Counted from the first letter of the stretch, positions 38,961-49,278 are shown. The stretch is DNA of 64,000 nucleotides from Nostoc sp. (GCF_036917635.1 NZ_JBALCW010000082.1:16486-80485); one strand, 5' to 3'. Notes: generated by a model not told the origin, from the sequence alone. A program made the numbers and translations.

Positions 38961-39121
38961 GGGAGCATCCCGTCAGGTGCAAAAACCTTGATAGCCCTCA
39001 TCCCCTAACCCCTTCTCCCAAACATGGGATTCGGGGAACTAGAATTATGTCTCCCCTCTCCCAAACATGGGAGAGGGGCTGGGGGTGAGGGAAAAGATTT
39101 AAGCCAAGATTGGGATGCTCC
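38961..39121. mobile_element. MITE (161 bp) with termini GGGAGCATCCC / GGGATGCTCC and a 9-bp target-site duplication GGTAAAGAG
   Basis: TIRs and the perfect flanking direct repeat (38952-38960 and 39122-39130) were read directly. Near-identical copy at 63357-63507. Confidence 0.8.
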
Positions 39122-39558
39122 GGTAAAGAGTGTAGTGTAGTTCTCTCACCGTCTGTTGAAGGGGCTATACCATTGTGCTTACATTCCACAAAGGTCGCAA
39201 ATGATCTAGGATTATCAGGTTAAGGAGAGGAACATAGTAATGCTGGGGCTTATTGAGCATACGGGTTGATTTCGCCTTCCCGAGTCGTGAATCTAAGGCA
39301 ATTGTAGCTGTGGTTTTGCGAACTGTGGGCATCTGGGGGTTACAAAATTGGCGAATTGGTGATTTTTTAGCGTTAGACTAAATTTTACCTAGTAAAGCCT
39401 TTCAATAACGCTCAGAGCATCATCTAACTGCTCTTTATTGAATAATATCGGCTGTACTTTGTGCCAGAATTTTTATTTTTTAATTTCTTAATCATTAAAT
39501 AAGAACCAAGTCAAGTATATAGAAAATCCCTCAAAGCTGATATTGGTGAATATAAACA

Positions 39559-39894
39559 ATGGTTATTTTAGTTATCCTCGTTAACACCCTCATTTCACTG
39601 ATACTACTCTATGTGGCTTGGCGAGTGTGGCAACTCAAGCAGCAGTTAGCATACATAGCAGATAGGTTAACCGCCTATGAAAGTTGTACCCATGCAGCAC
39701 TGAATAAAGCACCCGAAAATATTTATCTCAGCCAGGAGAGTATTTATAGCTTACGGCAGAAAAATCAAGTACTACAAATGCAAATCCAACAAGTGCGGCA
39801 AATTATCAGTCTACTTTTGCTAGGACAGCAAATCTGGCAGCGTTATTTTCGTAGGCTACATTTAACACCAGCGAAAAGAACTGTTGGAAAATGA
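39559..39894 (+). CDS. hypothetical membrane protein
   Basis: 111 aa. N-terminal TM segment, then a Gln-rich coiled segment. Confidence 0.45.
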   Translation: MVILVILVNTLISLILLYVAWRVWQLKQQLAYIADRLTAYESCTHAALNKAPENIYLSQESIYSLRQKNQVLQMQIQQVRQIISLLLLGQQIWQRYFRRLHLTPAKRTVGK

Positions 39895-40128
39895 GTTATG
39901 TCAACACATGAACATTTATAATCAGGGGTGACACACTGACGCAGTGACACGATGAGACAAAGACGCGGGGAGTTTTGATTATAAGTAATTAATGATTTTG
40001 ATATTTAATGAATAAAAGCAACTTTTTTGGCTGATATTTTGTCACGATAGATTAACTGAATAAAATCGGTGGAGTCTTACAAGTAGAGAAAACCCACTTA
40101 AAATGGGTGTAAGGAGAGAAAGAACAAG

Positions 40129-40479
40129 ATGTCTAATAACCGTTCTGGAGTATTTTTTGGCGGTTTGATGCTTGGAGCTACCATCGGTGCTTTAACCGGT
40201 TTGCTGGTGGCTCCCCGCACAGGGCGCGAAACGCGTAAAATTTTGAAAAAATCTGCCAATGCTATCCCAGAATTGGCAGAGGATTTATCAACAAGTGTGC
40301 AAATCCAGGCAGATCGTCTATCTGCGATCGCACTACGAAACTGGGATGATACTTTAGATAGATTACAGGAAGCGATCGCAGCAGGTGTAGATGCCAGTCA
40401 GAAAGAAAGCCAAGTCATAAAGCGGCAAACATCTGTTGAAGACTCAAATTCGCTTCTCCAGCAACTAGAACGTTCATAA
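40129..40479 (+). CDS. YtxH domain protein
   Basis: GGLMLGATIGALTGLLVAPRTGRETRK, the typical YtxH N-terminus. Confidence 0.75.
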   Translation: MSNNRSGVFFGGLMLGATIGALTGLLVAPRTGRETRKILKKSANAIPELAEDLSTSVQIQADRLSAIALRNWDDTLDRLQEAIAAGVDASQKESQVIKRQTSVEDSNSLLQQLERS

Positions 40480-40490
40480 ATGACATTACC

Positions 40491-41030
40491 GTGATTGACC
40501 CCCTGTTTTGGTTGGGACTTTCTTTACTCTTAGTCGCCACAAGTTTGACTGCGGTTTTAGTGGCGGCAATACCTGCTTTGCAGGAGTTAGCACGCGCTGC
40601 TCGTAGTGCAGAAAAGCTATTTGATACACTCTCGCGCGAATTACCACCCACTCTAGAAGCTATCCGTGTGACTGGTTTGGAAATCACTGACTTAAGTGGT
40701 GATGTTAGTGAAGGTGTAAAAAGTGCTAATCAAGTCGTGAAACAAGTCGATCAAAGCCTTGATAGTGCAAGAATTCAGGCTCAAAATCTGCAAGTAGGTA
40801 CACGCAGCATATTGGTTGGCGCAAAAGCTGCTTGGAGAAACTTCACGCGCCAAAAACCCACAAGGCGAACACGCGATCGCCTCCCAAGTAACGAACAACC
40901 ACCACCAACGTTGCGAGAACGAGAAATGCCCAGGCAAGAAAATCGCCGCATAAAAACAGAAATATACCGCGCTAATGACGGTTACAACGATGCCCCTAGC
41001 TGGGAAAGCAATTTCGATGACGAAGATTGA
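40491..41030 (+). CDS. DUF948-like membrane protein
   Basis: 179 aa with a GTG start. TM segment plus coiled region. This pairing with a YtxH gene is common. Confidence 0.6.
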   Translation: MIDPLFWLGLSLLLVATSLTAVLVAAIPALQELARAARSAEKLFDTLSRELPPTLEAIRVTGLEITDLSGDVSEGVKSANQVVKQVDQSLDSARIQAQNLQVGTRSILVGAKAAWRNFTRQKPTRRTRDRLPSNEQPPPTLREREMPRQENRRIKTEIYRANDGYNDAPSWESNFDDED

Positions 41031-41113
41031 TCAAAAAAATGGCATGGGGCATTGCTTGTCTTCCTTATGCGGTGTCAAAACGTGCTATTTTTCCAGCTTA
41101 AAAAAAGTGATCT

Positions 41114-41458
41114 TTGTTTATGGATAAACTTTGGCATTGTATCGATCAATTTGGGAAAACGGGTGAAGCATATTTTAATGAAGCTGTCTTTTTAGGAGAA
41201 ATGTGCTTGTTCCCAAATTTCTGTCATGAACCAAGTACATACAAAGTTGTTCATAAATTTGTAAATAGCATCAATAGCCAAGATAAATATTGGGACAGTT
41301 CAATAGGTGATTTAAAAGTATTTGCAAAACCTAGCGGATATCGCAGTTTTGATAAAGGCTACATTCGCACCCATGATGTTGTCAATTTGTGTAACTTCGG
41401 CAAATATTTATATCCAGAGGTTGGACACGAATATCTTCTAAAAATTCTGTCAAGCTAG
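41114..41458 (+). CDS. hypothetical protein (doubtful)
   Basis: 114-aa ORF whose 3' end overlaps the truncated PIN ORF on the other strand. Confidence 0.25.
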   Translation: MFMDKLWHCIDQFGKTGEAYFNEAVFLGEMCLFPNFCHEPSTYKVVHKFVNSINSQDKYWDSSIGDLKVFAKPSGYRSFDKGYIRTHDVVNLCNFGKYLYPEVGHEYLLKILSS

Positions 41459-41624
41459 CCAGATTATTTTCCTTACGTTGGGATTTTTCCATCATGAATG
41501 TCAGTTCACCCTGGACAATTACGCAACTGGCAATGTTATTTTCTCCAACTTCATTCACGCGACGGATAACATTTGGTTCGCCTAAAATAATGGCACTACA
41601 ATGATTTGTATCCAGTAAATACAT
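41382..41624 (-). pseudogene. vapC: truncated PIN-domain (VapC) toxin gene
   Basis: The canonical VapC N-terminus MYLLDTNHCSAIILGEPNVIRRV... stops after 80 aa, which is about 55-60% of the normal length. I did not find the C-terminal acidic residues in any frame downstream. Confidence 0.6.
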
Positions 41625-41944
41625 TATTCAGATAGGTTTTCTTCATCAAATTTAGCTTGACCACGGGTAGCATATACTGCTTGAAGGCATTCTTCAAAGT
41701 CGTCACCTTCCCAAGTGCCAGCGTGTCGAAGAATGGAACGCCCGGAAGCAGGACGATATGTAAGTTGCTCTTTCTCACGAGAAGTTTCTGTAGAATCGCT
41801 TAAATGGATAGGTTCAAGCTTACCTGCTTCCAACTCCTTTTTTGTATAGTTAACCTTAATAGAACGGATCACATTGAGTGCTTCTGTTAGCAATTCGGGC
41901 GGTAAAGTTTCTATTTCTTGGATTAATAATTCTTTGTTAGTCAT
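41624..41944 (-). CDS. putative antitoxin partner of the truncated VapC
   Basis: 106 aa. Its stop overlaps the PIN start. ...RPASGRSILRHAGTWEGDDFEECL... is typical of cyanobacterial antitoxins. Confidence 0.6.
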   Translation of the reverse strand: MTNKELLIQEIETLPPELLTEALNVIRSIKVNYTKKELEAGKLEPIHLSDSTETSREKEQLTYRPASGRSILRHAGTWEGDDFEECLQAVYATRGQAKFDEENLSE

Positions 41945-42289
41945 CTCTCACCTCTAATCATTCCCCTTTTATTGTATGGGGAATTCCGCTATGGCTTAGT
42001 CAAGTTTGAGTTGTTAAAAACTTTGAAGATAATGATAGGAGACGAACGACGCTTACCTCCTACTCCTCTACTGAGCCATAATTATCATTTTTATTCAAGA
42101 TATTTTGCGTCTTATAACTGATTTACAAAATTTACTTTATATGGTAAGTATTTCCCACTACCCAAAAACGCTTTGCTTTGATCCCTTAGATTAGAGTAAA
42201 GTAAACAAGTGTAAAGAACTATCATTTTTCTAGTACTCTTTTAAAACAACTTGTTCACTTCCACCGTTGATATTTGTATAAAAAGGTCT

Positions 42290-43099
42290 ATGCAATCTTG
42301 TTTTTGGCGACGAATTCTCGTATCTATTGCAGTATTTTTCCTGGCTGGGTCAATTTGGGTGATGCATTCTCCCCCAGCACTGGCTTATGACAATCCTGAG
42401 TTACTTCCTAGCACCTTTACCCCAGTTGTAGACTTAGCAAAATCTCTTCCTGTGCTGCAAGAAGAAAAGCTTGTCAAAGATTTAGAGCAGTTTGAAGTTG
42501 ATACGGGCTGGAAACTGCGAGTATTGACCCAATATGACCGTACCCCAGGTCGGGCAGTTATAAAATATTGGGGTTTGGATGACAAAAGCATTCTACTCGT
42601 TGCCGATTCTCGTGGCGGTAACATCCTCAGTTTTAGCGTCGGCGATGCTGTTTATGAACTTTTACCTCGGACGTTCTGGATAGAACTGCAAACCCGCTTC
42701 GGTAATTTGTACTTTGTCCGCGAACAAGGCGAAGACCAAGCCATTCTGCAAGCTTTAGAATCAGTTAAAGGCTGTTTGCTCAAAGGTGGTTGCAATGTTG
42801 TCCCCGGACTGCCACGAGAGCAATGGATTCTCACCTTGATTGCCTCAATTATTGGTGGGGTGATTTGTGGATTTGCAGGTCAACCCCGCGAGAAAGGACA
42901 ATTTTTCGCTTGGCAATGGGCTTTAATTTTCTCACCTTTGTGGGGAATCTTGTTTCTTGCCTTTGGCATTGGGCCAGTAGTGACACGCACAAGCGACTGG
43001 TTACCTCTAGTTCGCAATATCTCTGGGTTTCTTATTGGCGTCTTAGTTGCCTACCTATCTCCTGTTTTCAGTCGGCCTTCTTCGAGTAATGAGTTATGA
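42290..43099 (+). CDS. TPM (TLP18.3/Psb32-type) domain membrane protein
   Basis: Signal/TM segment, a TPM-like domain, then C-terminal TM helices. Start set at the ATG at 42290. Confidence 0.65.
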   Translation: MQSCFWRRILVSIAVFFLAGSIWVMHSPPALAYDNPELLPSTFTPVVDLAKSLPVLQEEKLVKDLEQFEVDTGWKLRVLTQYDRTPGRAVIKYWGLDDKSILLVADSRGGNILSFSVGDAVYELLPRTFWIELQTRFGNLYFVREQGEDQAILQALESVKGCLLKGGCNVVPGLPREQWILTLIASIIGGVICGFAGQPREKGQFFAWQWALIFSPLWGILFLAFGIGPVVTRTSDWLPLVRNISGFLIGVLVAYLSPVFSRPSSSNEL

Positions 43100-43158
43100 G
43101 TGAGGATAGACGCGATTAATCGCGTCTGTACAGGAGTGAGGAGTTTTTACTTAACTTA

Positions 43159-43190
43159 TAACTCCTAACTCCTAACTACTCACTCTCTGA
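43159..43190. repeat. STRR heptamer tract (TAACTCC)
   Basis: Read directly. Confidence 0.75.
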
Positions 43191-43232
43191 AGCTGATAAG
43201 CTGAAAGCTAATATTTGAGAAGCTCAACAAAA

Positions 43233-43862
43233 ATGGAATGGCACCTAACTGATGCTCAAAGTTTAGCAATCATTGATAGTGAAATTGAAAATCATGTCTT
43301 TTCACCCGCAGAGTATGAGATTGTGCGTCGGGTAATATACTCTACGGCTGACTTTGAGTATAAGTCTTTGATTCGTTTCTCTGAGCGTGCCTTGCAAGCA
43401 GGAGCAGCAGCACTAGCCGCGCGTACCACAATTGTGGTAGATGTCCCAATGGTGCAAGTAGGTATTGCCTACGAGATTCAAAACACCTTTGCTAATCCCC
43501 TGTATTGCAGCATGGAAGCTCTGACACGTCCTCAAAAAGAAAAAACTCGGGCAGCATGGGGAATAGAAACCTTAGCAAGGCGTTATCCAGAAGGCATTTT
43601 TGTGGTGGGACAAGCTCAAACAGCACTAACAGCACTGGTGGATTTAATTGAAGCCGAGGAAATTAGACCTGCTTTGATAATTGCGACTCCAGTGGGATTT
43701 GTCGATGTTGATGAAGCGAAGAGGCGCTTACAAGACTCGCTAGTGCCTCACATTACAATTGATAGTCGCAAAGGTAATGCAGTTGTAGCAGCTGCGATCG
43801 TTGATGGATTGGTAGACTTAGCTTGGCAAGCCTATGGACAAGATGGAAATCGCGGCAGTTAG
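43233..43862 (+). CDS. cobH: precorrin-8X methylmutase (CobH/CbiC)
   Basis: 209 aa with a CbiC-like sequence (...EIVRRVIYSTADFEY...GNAVVAAAI...). Start set at MEWHLTD. Confidence 0.8.
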   Translation: MEWHLTDAQSLAIIDSEIENHVFSPAEYEIVRRVIYSTADFEYKSLIRFSERALQAGAAALAARTTIVVDVPMVQVGIAYEIQNTFANPLYCSMEALTRPQKEKTRAAWGIETLARRYPEGIFVVGQAQTALTALVDLIEAEEIRPALIIATPVGFVDVDEAKRRLQDSLVPHITIDSRKGNAVVAAAIVDGLVDLAWQAYGQDGNRGS

Positions 43863-43937
43863 GAACTTGGCTCTATCTGACTCTTTAGGGCAAATACTAT
43901 TTTAAAATACTCAAGATCCCCATATTTTTGTTAATTA

Positions 43938-45386
43938 GTGCCGAGTAAGGAGCCTTTTCTTGTGGGAACTCAACGCTTCCGTTTAATCGCATTTCTTACA
44001 ATTCCCCTGATATTAATTCTTTTGGCAGAGGGAGGAAACATAAAAGTATTTTTAACTCAAAAGGTTCGTCAGGTATCCACTGATGGTCAGGAAAAGCTTG
44101 TATCCAGTAGCAAGCTAATCAGCACTAACAGGACTCTGAAAACATACTATGTTAGCGGTACTGGAAACGACAACAATACTGGAATTTCTTCCTCATCCCC
44201 CTTTAAGACCATTCAAAAGGCAGCAAACCTGACTAATCCTGGGGACACTGTACTTATTATGAATGGAGTCTACACGAATGCAAGCCCGAATGGGCAGGTA
44301 GTATCTATTACTCGTTCTGGAGAAGCAAATGCATGGATTAAGTTTAAAGCATATCCTGGCCACAGTCCGAAAATTCAGCACAATGGATGGAATGGAATTT
44401 TAATTCACAATGGAGCGTCATATATTGAGATAAACGGGCTTGAGGTGATAGGGAACAATGCCAATGTAACTCTTGATTACGCTATGAGTGAGAAAACTAA
44501 CAAATCAAACCCTCTGACAAATGGAAACTGCATCAGCCTCGATGGGCGAAAAAATGGTCATATTCACCATATACGTATTGTCAACAACAAGGTACATGGG
44601 TGTGGAGGAACAGGCATTTCAGCGATTCAATCGGACTATGTGACAGTAGATAATAACGTGGTGTTCGATAATGCTTGGTACAGCGTTTATGGTTGCAGTG
44701 GAATTTCAATGTTGAGCAATTGGAATTTTGACAACAACCAAGGATACAAAATGTTCGTGACCAACAACAAGACCTATAACAATCGTATGTACATTCCTTG
44801 GATTGAAGTCGGAAAGATCACAGACGGTAATGGCATTATTATTGATACTTCAAGAAATGATCGTAATGACGACTCAGAATTGGGTGCATATAAAGGACGT
44901 ACTTTAATTCAAAACAATCTTACATTTAATAATGGTGGTTCAGGTATTCATACATTCTTAAGCGATCATATTGATATTGTAAATAACACTGCTGTTTTAA
45001 ATAATCAGAGTCCAGAACTTAACGAGGGACAAATATTTGCTAATAAATCATCTGACGTGAAAATTTTAAGAAACATTTTTTATGCTTTTCCTGGGAAGAT
45101 TACTAACAGTAATTATAAAAATGAAAGCGTTGTTTATGACTATAATATCTACCTCAATAATTCTAAAGTAAGTGTTAAGGGGGCTGACGATATTGTTGCA
45201 GACTCAGAGTTTTTAAGAAATTATCCTACTCTAGAAAAAATATCTGGCGATTGGAAATCGCGGCTAGATAAACAAAATCCGCCAACGCGGGTTTATGCAG
45301 AACCTAAGTCGGCAGGTTTTGTTTGTGGGTCAGTGACCTATCCTTTGAAGGGGAAACTCATCAAAGTAGGATGTTCCCGTTCGTAA
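43938..45386 (+). CDS. right-handed parallel beta-helix repeat protein (pectate-lyase fold), secreted or anchored
   Basis: 482 aa with a GTG start. N-terminal TM segment. Repeated N-rich beta-helix turns (NNKVHGCGGTGIS, NNLTFNNGGSGIH). Confidence 0.7.
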   Translation: MPSKEPFLVGTQRFRLIAFLTIPLILILLAEGGNIKVFLTQKVRQVSTDGQEKLVSSSKLISTNRTLKTYYVSGTGNDNNTGISSSSPFKTIQKAANLTNPGDTVLIMNGVYTNASPNGQVVSITRSGEANAWIKFKAYPGHSPKIQHNGWNGILIHNGASYIEINGLEVIGNNANVTLDYAMSEKTNKSNPLTNGNCISLDGRKNGHIHHIRIVNNKVHGCGGTGISAIQSDYVTVDNNVVFDNAWYSVYGCSGISMLSNWNFDNNQGYKMFVTNNKTYNNRMYIPWIEVGKITDGNGIIIDTSRNDRNDDSELGAYKGRTLIQNNLTFNNGGSGIHTFLSDHIDIVNNTAVLNNQSPELNEGQIFANKSSDVKILRNIFYAFPGKITNSNYKNESVVYDYNIYLNNSKVSVKGADDIVADSEFLRNYPTLEKISGDWKSRLDKQNPPTRVYAEPKSAGFVCGSVTYPLKGKLIKVGCSRS

Positions 45387-45407
45387 ATCTTTTGATTGCG
45401 GACTAGT

Positions 45408-46094
45408 TTAGTCTTCTGTGCTACGGCGTCGCCGACGCGGCTTTTGTTGTTGGTCTTCACGCAAGCGGCGACCAACTTCGTTAAAGAAATCTCGCCGTAA
45501 ATAAGGATAATCGCTAACCCACAGGTCACGGCTAGGAAAGTATATATCGCTGAATTGTTCAATACTGCTCAAATCTGCGCGATTTGACATCACTACCATT
45601 TCGGCAATTTGACCGCGAGTAATAATTTTGTGGGCAGGACGTAATGGTGCTACAAACTCAATGCTAAATCCTGTTTCATCACCCACCTCTAAGTTAATCT
45701 GTTTTTCTCGATTTTCTACAATTACCAATTCGCCTTTGCTGTTGACTGTTTCAGTTTTACCCATCAACTGGTCTGTAATCCACCAATCTAGCACTCGACC
45801 ACGGAAAAAGCCGCCATACTTATAACGGCGGCATTCCAAATTCCGCATACTTGCTTGAAACACTGGATACCACAGCCAAAAAAAAGCGCTAACTACCCCT
45901 AGCACAAATACTATTGAAGCAAATTCAAGCTTGAAAACGAATGTTACAAGCAAAATAGCAACTACGGCAACTACAGAAATTAATAGCCGTTGCAAAAAAT
46001 TTGAGAACTTACCCCAGTAGTACTTATACTGCAAACCAGTGGCAATTAGGGGGACAACTTGTTCAAATTTCTGGCGAGTCAGTGGTACTAACAT
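45408..46094 (-). CDS. conserved membrane protein of unknown function
   Basis: 228 aa with two central TM helices and a basic C-terminus. Confidence 0.6.
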   Translation of the reverse strand: MLVPLTRQKFEQVVPLIATGLQYKYYWGKFSNFLQRLLISVVAVVAILLVTFVFKLEFASIVFVLGVVSAFFWLWYPVFQASMRNLECRRYKYGGFFRGRVLDWWITDQLMGKTETVNSKGELVIVENREKQINLEVGDETGFSIEFVAPLRPAHKIITRGQIAEMVVMSNRADLSSIEQFSDIYFPSRDLWVSDYPYLRRDFFNEVGRRLREDQQQKPRRRRRSTED

Positions 46095-46112
46095 TAGGCT
46101 GAGTCTTAAAGT

Positions 46113-46949
46113 TTAAAGTATTTTTTCTAATCCATATACTAACGACTTTAACGCTAAGACTTTGCGAATCGCTAGTAGCACTCCTGGCATATAACAAGCG
46201 CGATCGCTCGTATCATGTCGTAAAGTATAAATCTGTCCGGCTGCGCCAAAAATAACTTCTTGATGAGCAATCAACCCTGGCAAGCGCACGCTATGAATTC
46301 TAATCCCTTCATCTGCTATACTACCTCTGGCTCCTGGTAATTTTTCCGTTTCTTCTACAAGAGCAGGGTTAAAAGTTTTACCCAATTCTCCTAGTAACTG
46401 CGCCGTTTGAATCGCAGTACCACTGGGAGCATCAGCTTTTTGGTTATGATGGAGTTCGATAATTTCTACATGGTCAAAATATTTTGAGGCTGCGATCGCA
46501 GCTTGTTGCAATAGCACCATACCAATGGAAAAATTAGGAATAATTAGACAACCAGTGCTAGCTTTATCGGCAAAGTCTGCCAAGTCTTGAATTTGTTGTG
46601 GACTTAACCCAGTGGTGCCAACTACTGGACGAATACCGTAGGCGATCGCACTACGAATATTGTCATAAACTGAATCGGGATGGGTAAAGTCTACAATCAC
46701 TCCTGGAGGTGAGTGTCTGTCGCCAGCCACATACCCCAACATCGGTTCTAATTGATTGGTAATCGGCACTTCCAGGGGTTCGCTTAAACCGGCTAATTCT
46801 CCAGCATCTTTATCTTGATGTTCTAAACTGTGGTCAATTGCACCCACTAGGTTTAAGTCTGGCGCTTGCGCCACCGCCTTAATCACCTCACGGCCCATTT
46901 TACCAGCAGCACCGTTGACAATAACCGGGATAGGAGCTTGATTCGTCAT
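46113..46949 (-). CDS. dapB: 4-hydroxy-tetrahydrodipicolinate reductase
   Basis: [13 protein letters not shown](P) motif and [15 protein letters not shown]. Confidence 0.95.
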   Translation of the reverse strand: MTNQAPIPVIVNGAAGKMGREVIKAVAQAPDLNLVGAIDHSLEHQDKDAGELAGLSEPLEVPITNQLEPMLGYVAGDRHSPPGVIVDFTHPDSVYDNIRSAIAYGIRPVVGTTGLSPQQIQDLADFADKASTGCLIIPNFSIGMVLLQQAAIAASKYFDHVEIIELHHNQKADAPSGTAIQTAQLLGELGKTFNPALVEETEKLPGARGSIADEGIRIHSVRLPGLIAHQEVIFGAAGQIYTLRHDTSDRACYMPGVLLAIRKVLALKSLVYGLEKIL

Positions 46950-47554
46950 AGGTCGAGAAATACTTTTTCAGGTAACAAAGGAATTGTAAAGACTTTGGTG
47001 ATCTAGTAGCTAGTTTCTCAAATCTTTGGCTTAATTCCAACTACCCTGATTTATGCAGCTAATCGCTCAATCTTTCTGCTCTCTACAGCAGTTCCGTTCT
47101 CATTTTCATCTCACTATCTTAGCCAGTAACTGTTTTATTTTCCCTACTTCACTCACCACACCTTTAAAAATAATTCCATACTGTCCCTGATAAGTAGTTC
47201 TTATAAATTATATAAGTCTTTTTTTGTCAAGTCTAGTTGACTATTTGTAATATTTCTATTAAATTTAGTTATATAACTTAGCAAAGACTAAACTTAACTC
47301 TCTAGCTGGTATTTGCTAAGAAAAAAGATTTCGGCATCGGTATATTCATCGACATTTGGACTTCTCCCATCTACCTCGGCTATCAAGTCGGGGTTTTTTG
47401 TGTTTTCAATTAGCCTTTAATTTCTTTAACTTTTCTTTAGTCATCTTTGAGATGACTTTCGCTATTAACCGTAGGTTTCTAACCTATGGGGGGTGATGGT
47501 TTCGGCGCGAGATTGGAAATTAGGTATTTGAATAATTGTGGAATATTGGCTTGA

Positions 47555-47770
47555 CAACAAGTCCGCCTCAGAATTCATTCTGAGGCTCATAAGTAGGTAG
47601 GCAAGATAAAACCAAACTATGTAACGAAAAGTAAAATCTTTGTATTTGGCTAGTAGTTGCGCCCTCTTGCGCTAAAGCGCAACTACTAGCCAGTGATGAT
47701 TATTTGCGCCCACTTACTTATCTGCCTTTGTTGATAATCCTTGGAATTAATTCCGAGGCGGGTAGGCGAT
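47555..47770. repeat. cluster of nested palindromes (possible MITE)
   Basis: Hairpins at 47565-47586 (GCCTCAGAA..TTCTGAGGC), 47648-47691 (15-bp stem GGCTAGTAGTTGCGC/GCGCAACTACTAGCC) and 47739-47758. The outer arms are roughly inverted copies of each other. Confidence 0.5.
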
Positions 47771-47963
47771 GTTTAGGACAATCTCCGCTTACGCATTTCA
47801 CACCACTTGCGATACACCAGGGAGTCAGGGAGTATCTGCCGACATTTGAGTATTTATCTCTCCCGATATAATGCCTCATGCGAAGCGTGCCGGTTGGTGG
47901 GAGAATAATAACGAGAAATGATGCAAGCCTGGTGTTGTCTCCAGCCCAAAGGAATCTGTAAAA

Positions 47964-48509
47964 ATGTGGAAACGAATTATATTAATTTTGCTATTGGTGT
48001 TGAGCTTCAGCCTGAGTAATTCTGATGTAGCGGCAGCATCTGGACTCAAAAGCTTTGTAGACACTAGTGATGGCTATCAGTTTTTATATCCTAACGGCTG
48101 GCTGCAAGTTAAAGTCGCCAACGGGCCAGATGTAGTTTTCCACGATTTGATTGAGGTGTCGGAAAATGTTTCGGTTGTGATTAGCCCAGTTCCAGAAGGC
48201 AAAACTTTGTCAGAATTGGGAACCCCAACAGAAGTAGGATATAAGTTGGGAAAAGCGGCTCTGGCACCTCCTGACTCTGGTCGTTCAGCTGAATTAGTCA
48301 ATGCTGTACAGCGAGAAGTAGACGGTAAAATATACTACCTTTTAGAGTATGAGGTTAAACTCGCCAATCAACAGCAACGACACAACATCGCCAGCGTTGC
48401 TGTTAGCCGTGGTAAACTTTTTACGCTCAACGCCTCAATTCCTGAAAAACGCTGGCAGAAAGTTAAACGAATGATTGATGAGGTTGTAAATTCTTTTTCT
48501 GTTTATTAA
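47964..48509 (+). CDS. psbP: PsbP-family protein (CyanoP)
   Basis: 181 aa. Signal peptide, then the PsbP domain (DGYQFLYPNGW...). Confidence 0.85.
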   Translation: MWKRIILILLLVLSFSLSNSDVAAASGLKSFVDTSDGYQFLYPNGWLQVKVANGPDVVFHDLIEVSENVSVVISPVPEGKTLSELGTPTEVGYKLGKAALAPPDSGRSAELVNAVQREVDGKIYYLLEYEVKLANQQQRHNIASVAVSRGKLFTLNASIPEKRWQKVKRMIDEVVNSFSVY

Positions 48510-48510
48510 T

Positions 48511-48590
48511 TGGGGACTGGGGAGTGGGGATGAGGGAGCAGGGGGAGCAGGGGGAGCAGGGGAAGCAGGGGAGGTAAGGGAAGAAAAATT
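48511..48590. repeat. STRR tract (GGGGAGT/GGGGAGC units)
   Basis: Read directly. Confidence 0.85.
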
Positions 48591-48664
48591 ATTGATTAAT
48601 GACCAATGCCTAATGTACAGTGACCCATGCCCAATACCCAATTACAAAGTTTGTCATAAATATC

Positions 48665-49258
48665 ATGAAAATTCCACCTTTTGTACTTGCCTCAGCTTCC
48701 CCAGCCCGACGCCGCTTGCTGCAAACTGTTGGTATTGAACCGATAGTTAAACCAAGTGATTTTGATGAGTCGCAAATTGAATTAAGTGAACCAGCAGAAT
48801 TGGTCAAAACTCTTGCTCAATACAAGGCGGAAACTGTAGCCCCACAGTTTGAATCGGCTTTGATTATGGGTTGTGATTCGGTTTTGTCGATGAATGGTGA
48901 AATTTACGGCAAACCACCAAATACCTCTGAAGCGATCGCCCGTTGGCAGATAATGCAAGATAACTTTGGTGACTTGTACACAGGTCACGCCTTAATTGAT
49001 ATAGCTCAAAATCGTAGTATAGTCAAGTCTCAAGTTACAAGAGTTTACTTTGGTCAAATGAGCGATCGCGCAATTCTTGCATACATTGCCACAGGTGAAC
49101 CCCTTAAGTGTGCTGGAGCCTTTGCAATTGAAGGTTTTGGTAGTTTCTTCGTCGAAAAAATTGAAGGCTGTCACACTAATGTAATTGGACTCAGTTTACC
49201 GCTACTACGGCACATGCTAGGAGAACTAGGATACGATGTCATTGATTTCTGGCAATAG
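48665..49258 (+). CDS. maf: Maf-like nucleoside triphosphate pyrophosphatase
   Basis: [12 protein letters not shown] motif. Start set at [10 protein letters not shown] (48665). Confidence 0.85.
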   Translation: MKIPPFVLASASPARRRLLQTVGIEPIVKPSDFDESQIELSEPAELVKTLAQYKAETVAPQFESALIMGCDSVLSMNGEIYGKPPNTSEAIARWQIMQDNFGDLYTGHALIDIAQNRSIVKSQVTRVYFGQMSDRAILAYIATGEPLKCAGAFAIEGFGSFFVEKIEGCHTNVIGLSLPLLRHMLGELGYDVIDFWQ

Positions 49259-49278
49259 CTTAGATTAGTCATTAGTCA

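Noticed and set aside
38878-39200. Whether this is a cobalamin riboswitch. GCTGGGGAGCCTGCGGTAAAGAG loosely resembles the GC.G..CCGCA.CGGTAA core.
   Set aside because: I could not find a convincing B12 box or the GGGAA/GGUG..AAUCC elements in the right order on either strand. The adjacent gene also has its own Zur-type box. It is kept only as an unexplained structured element.
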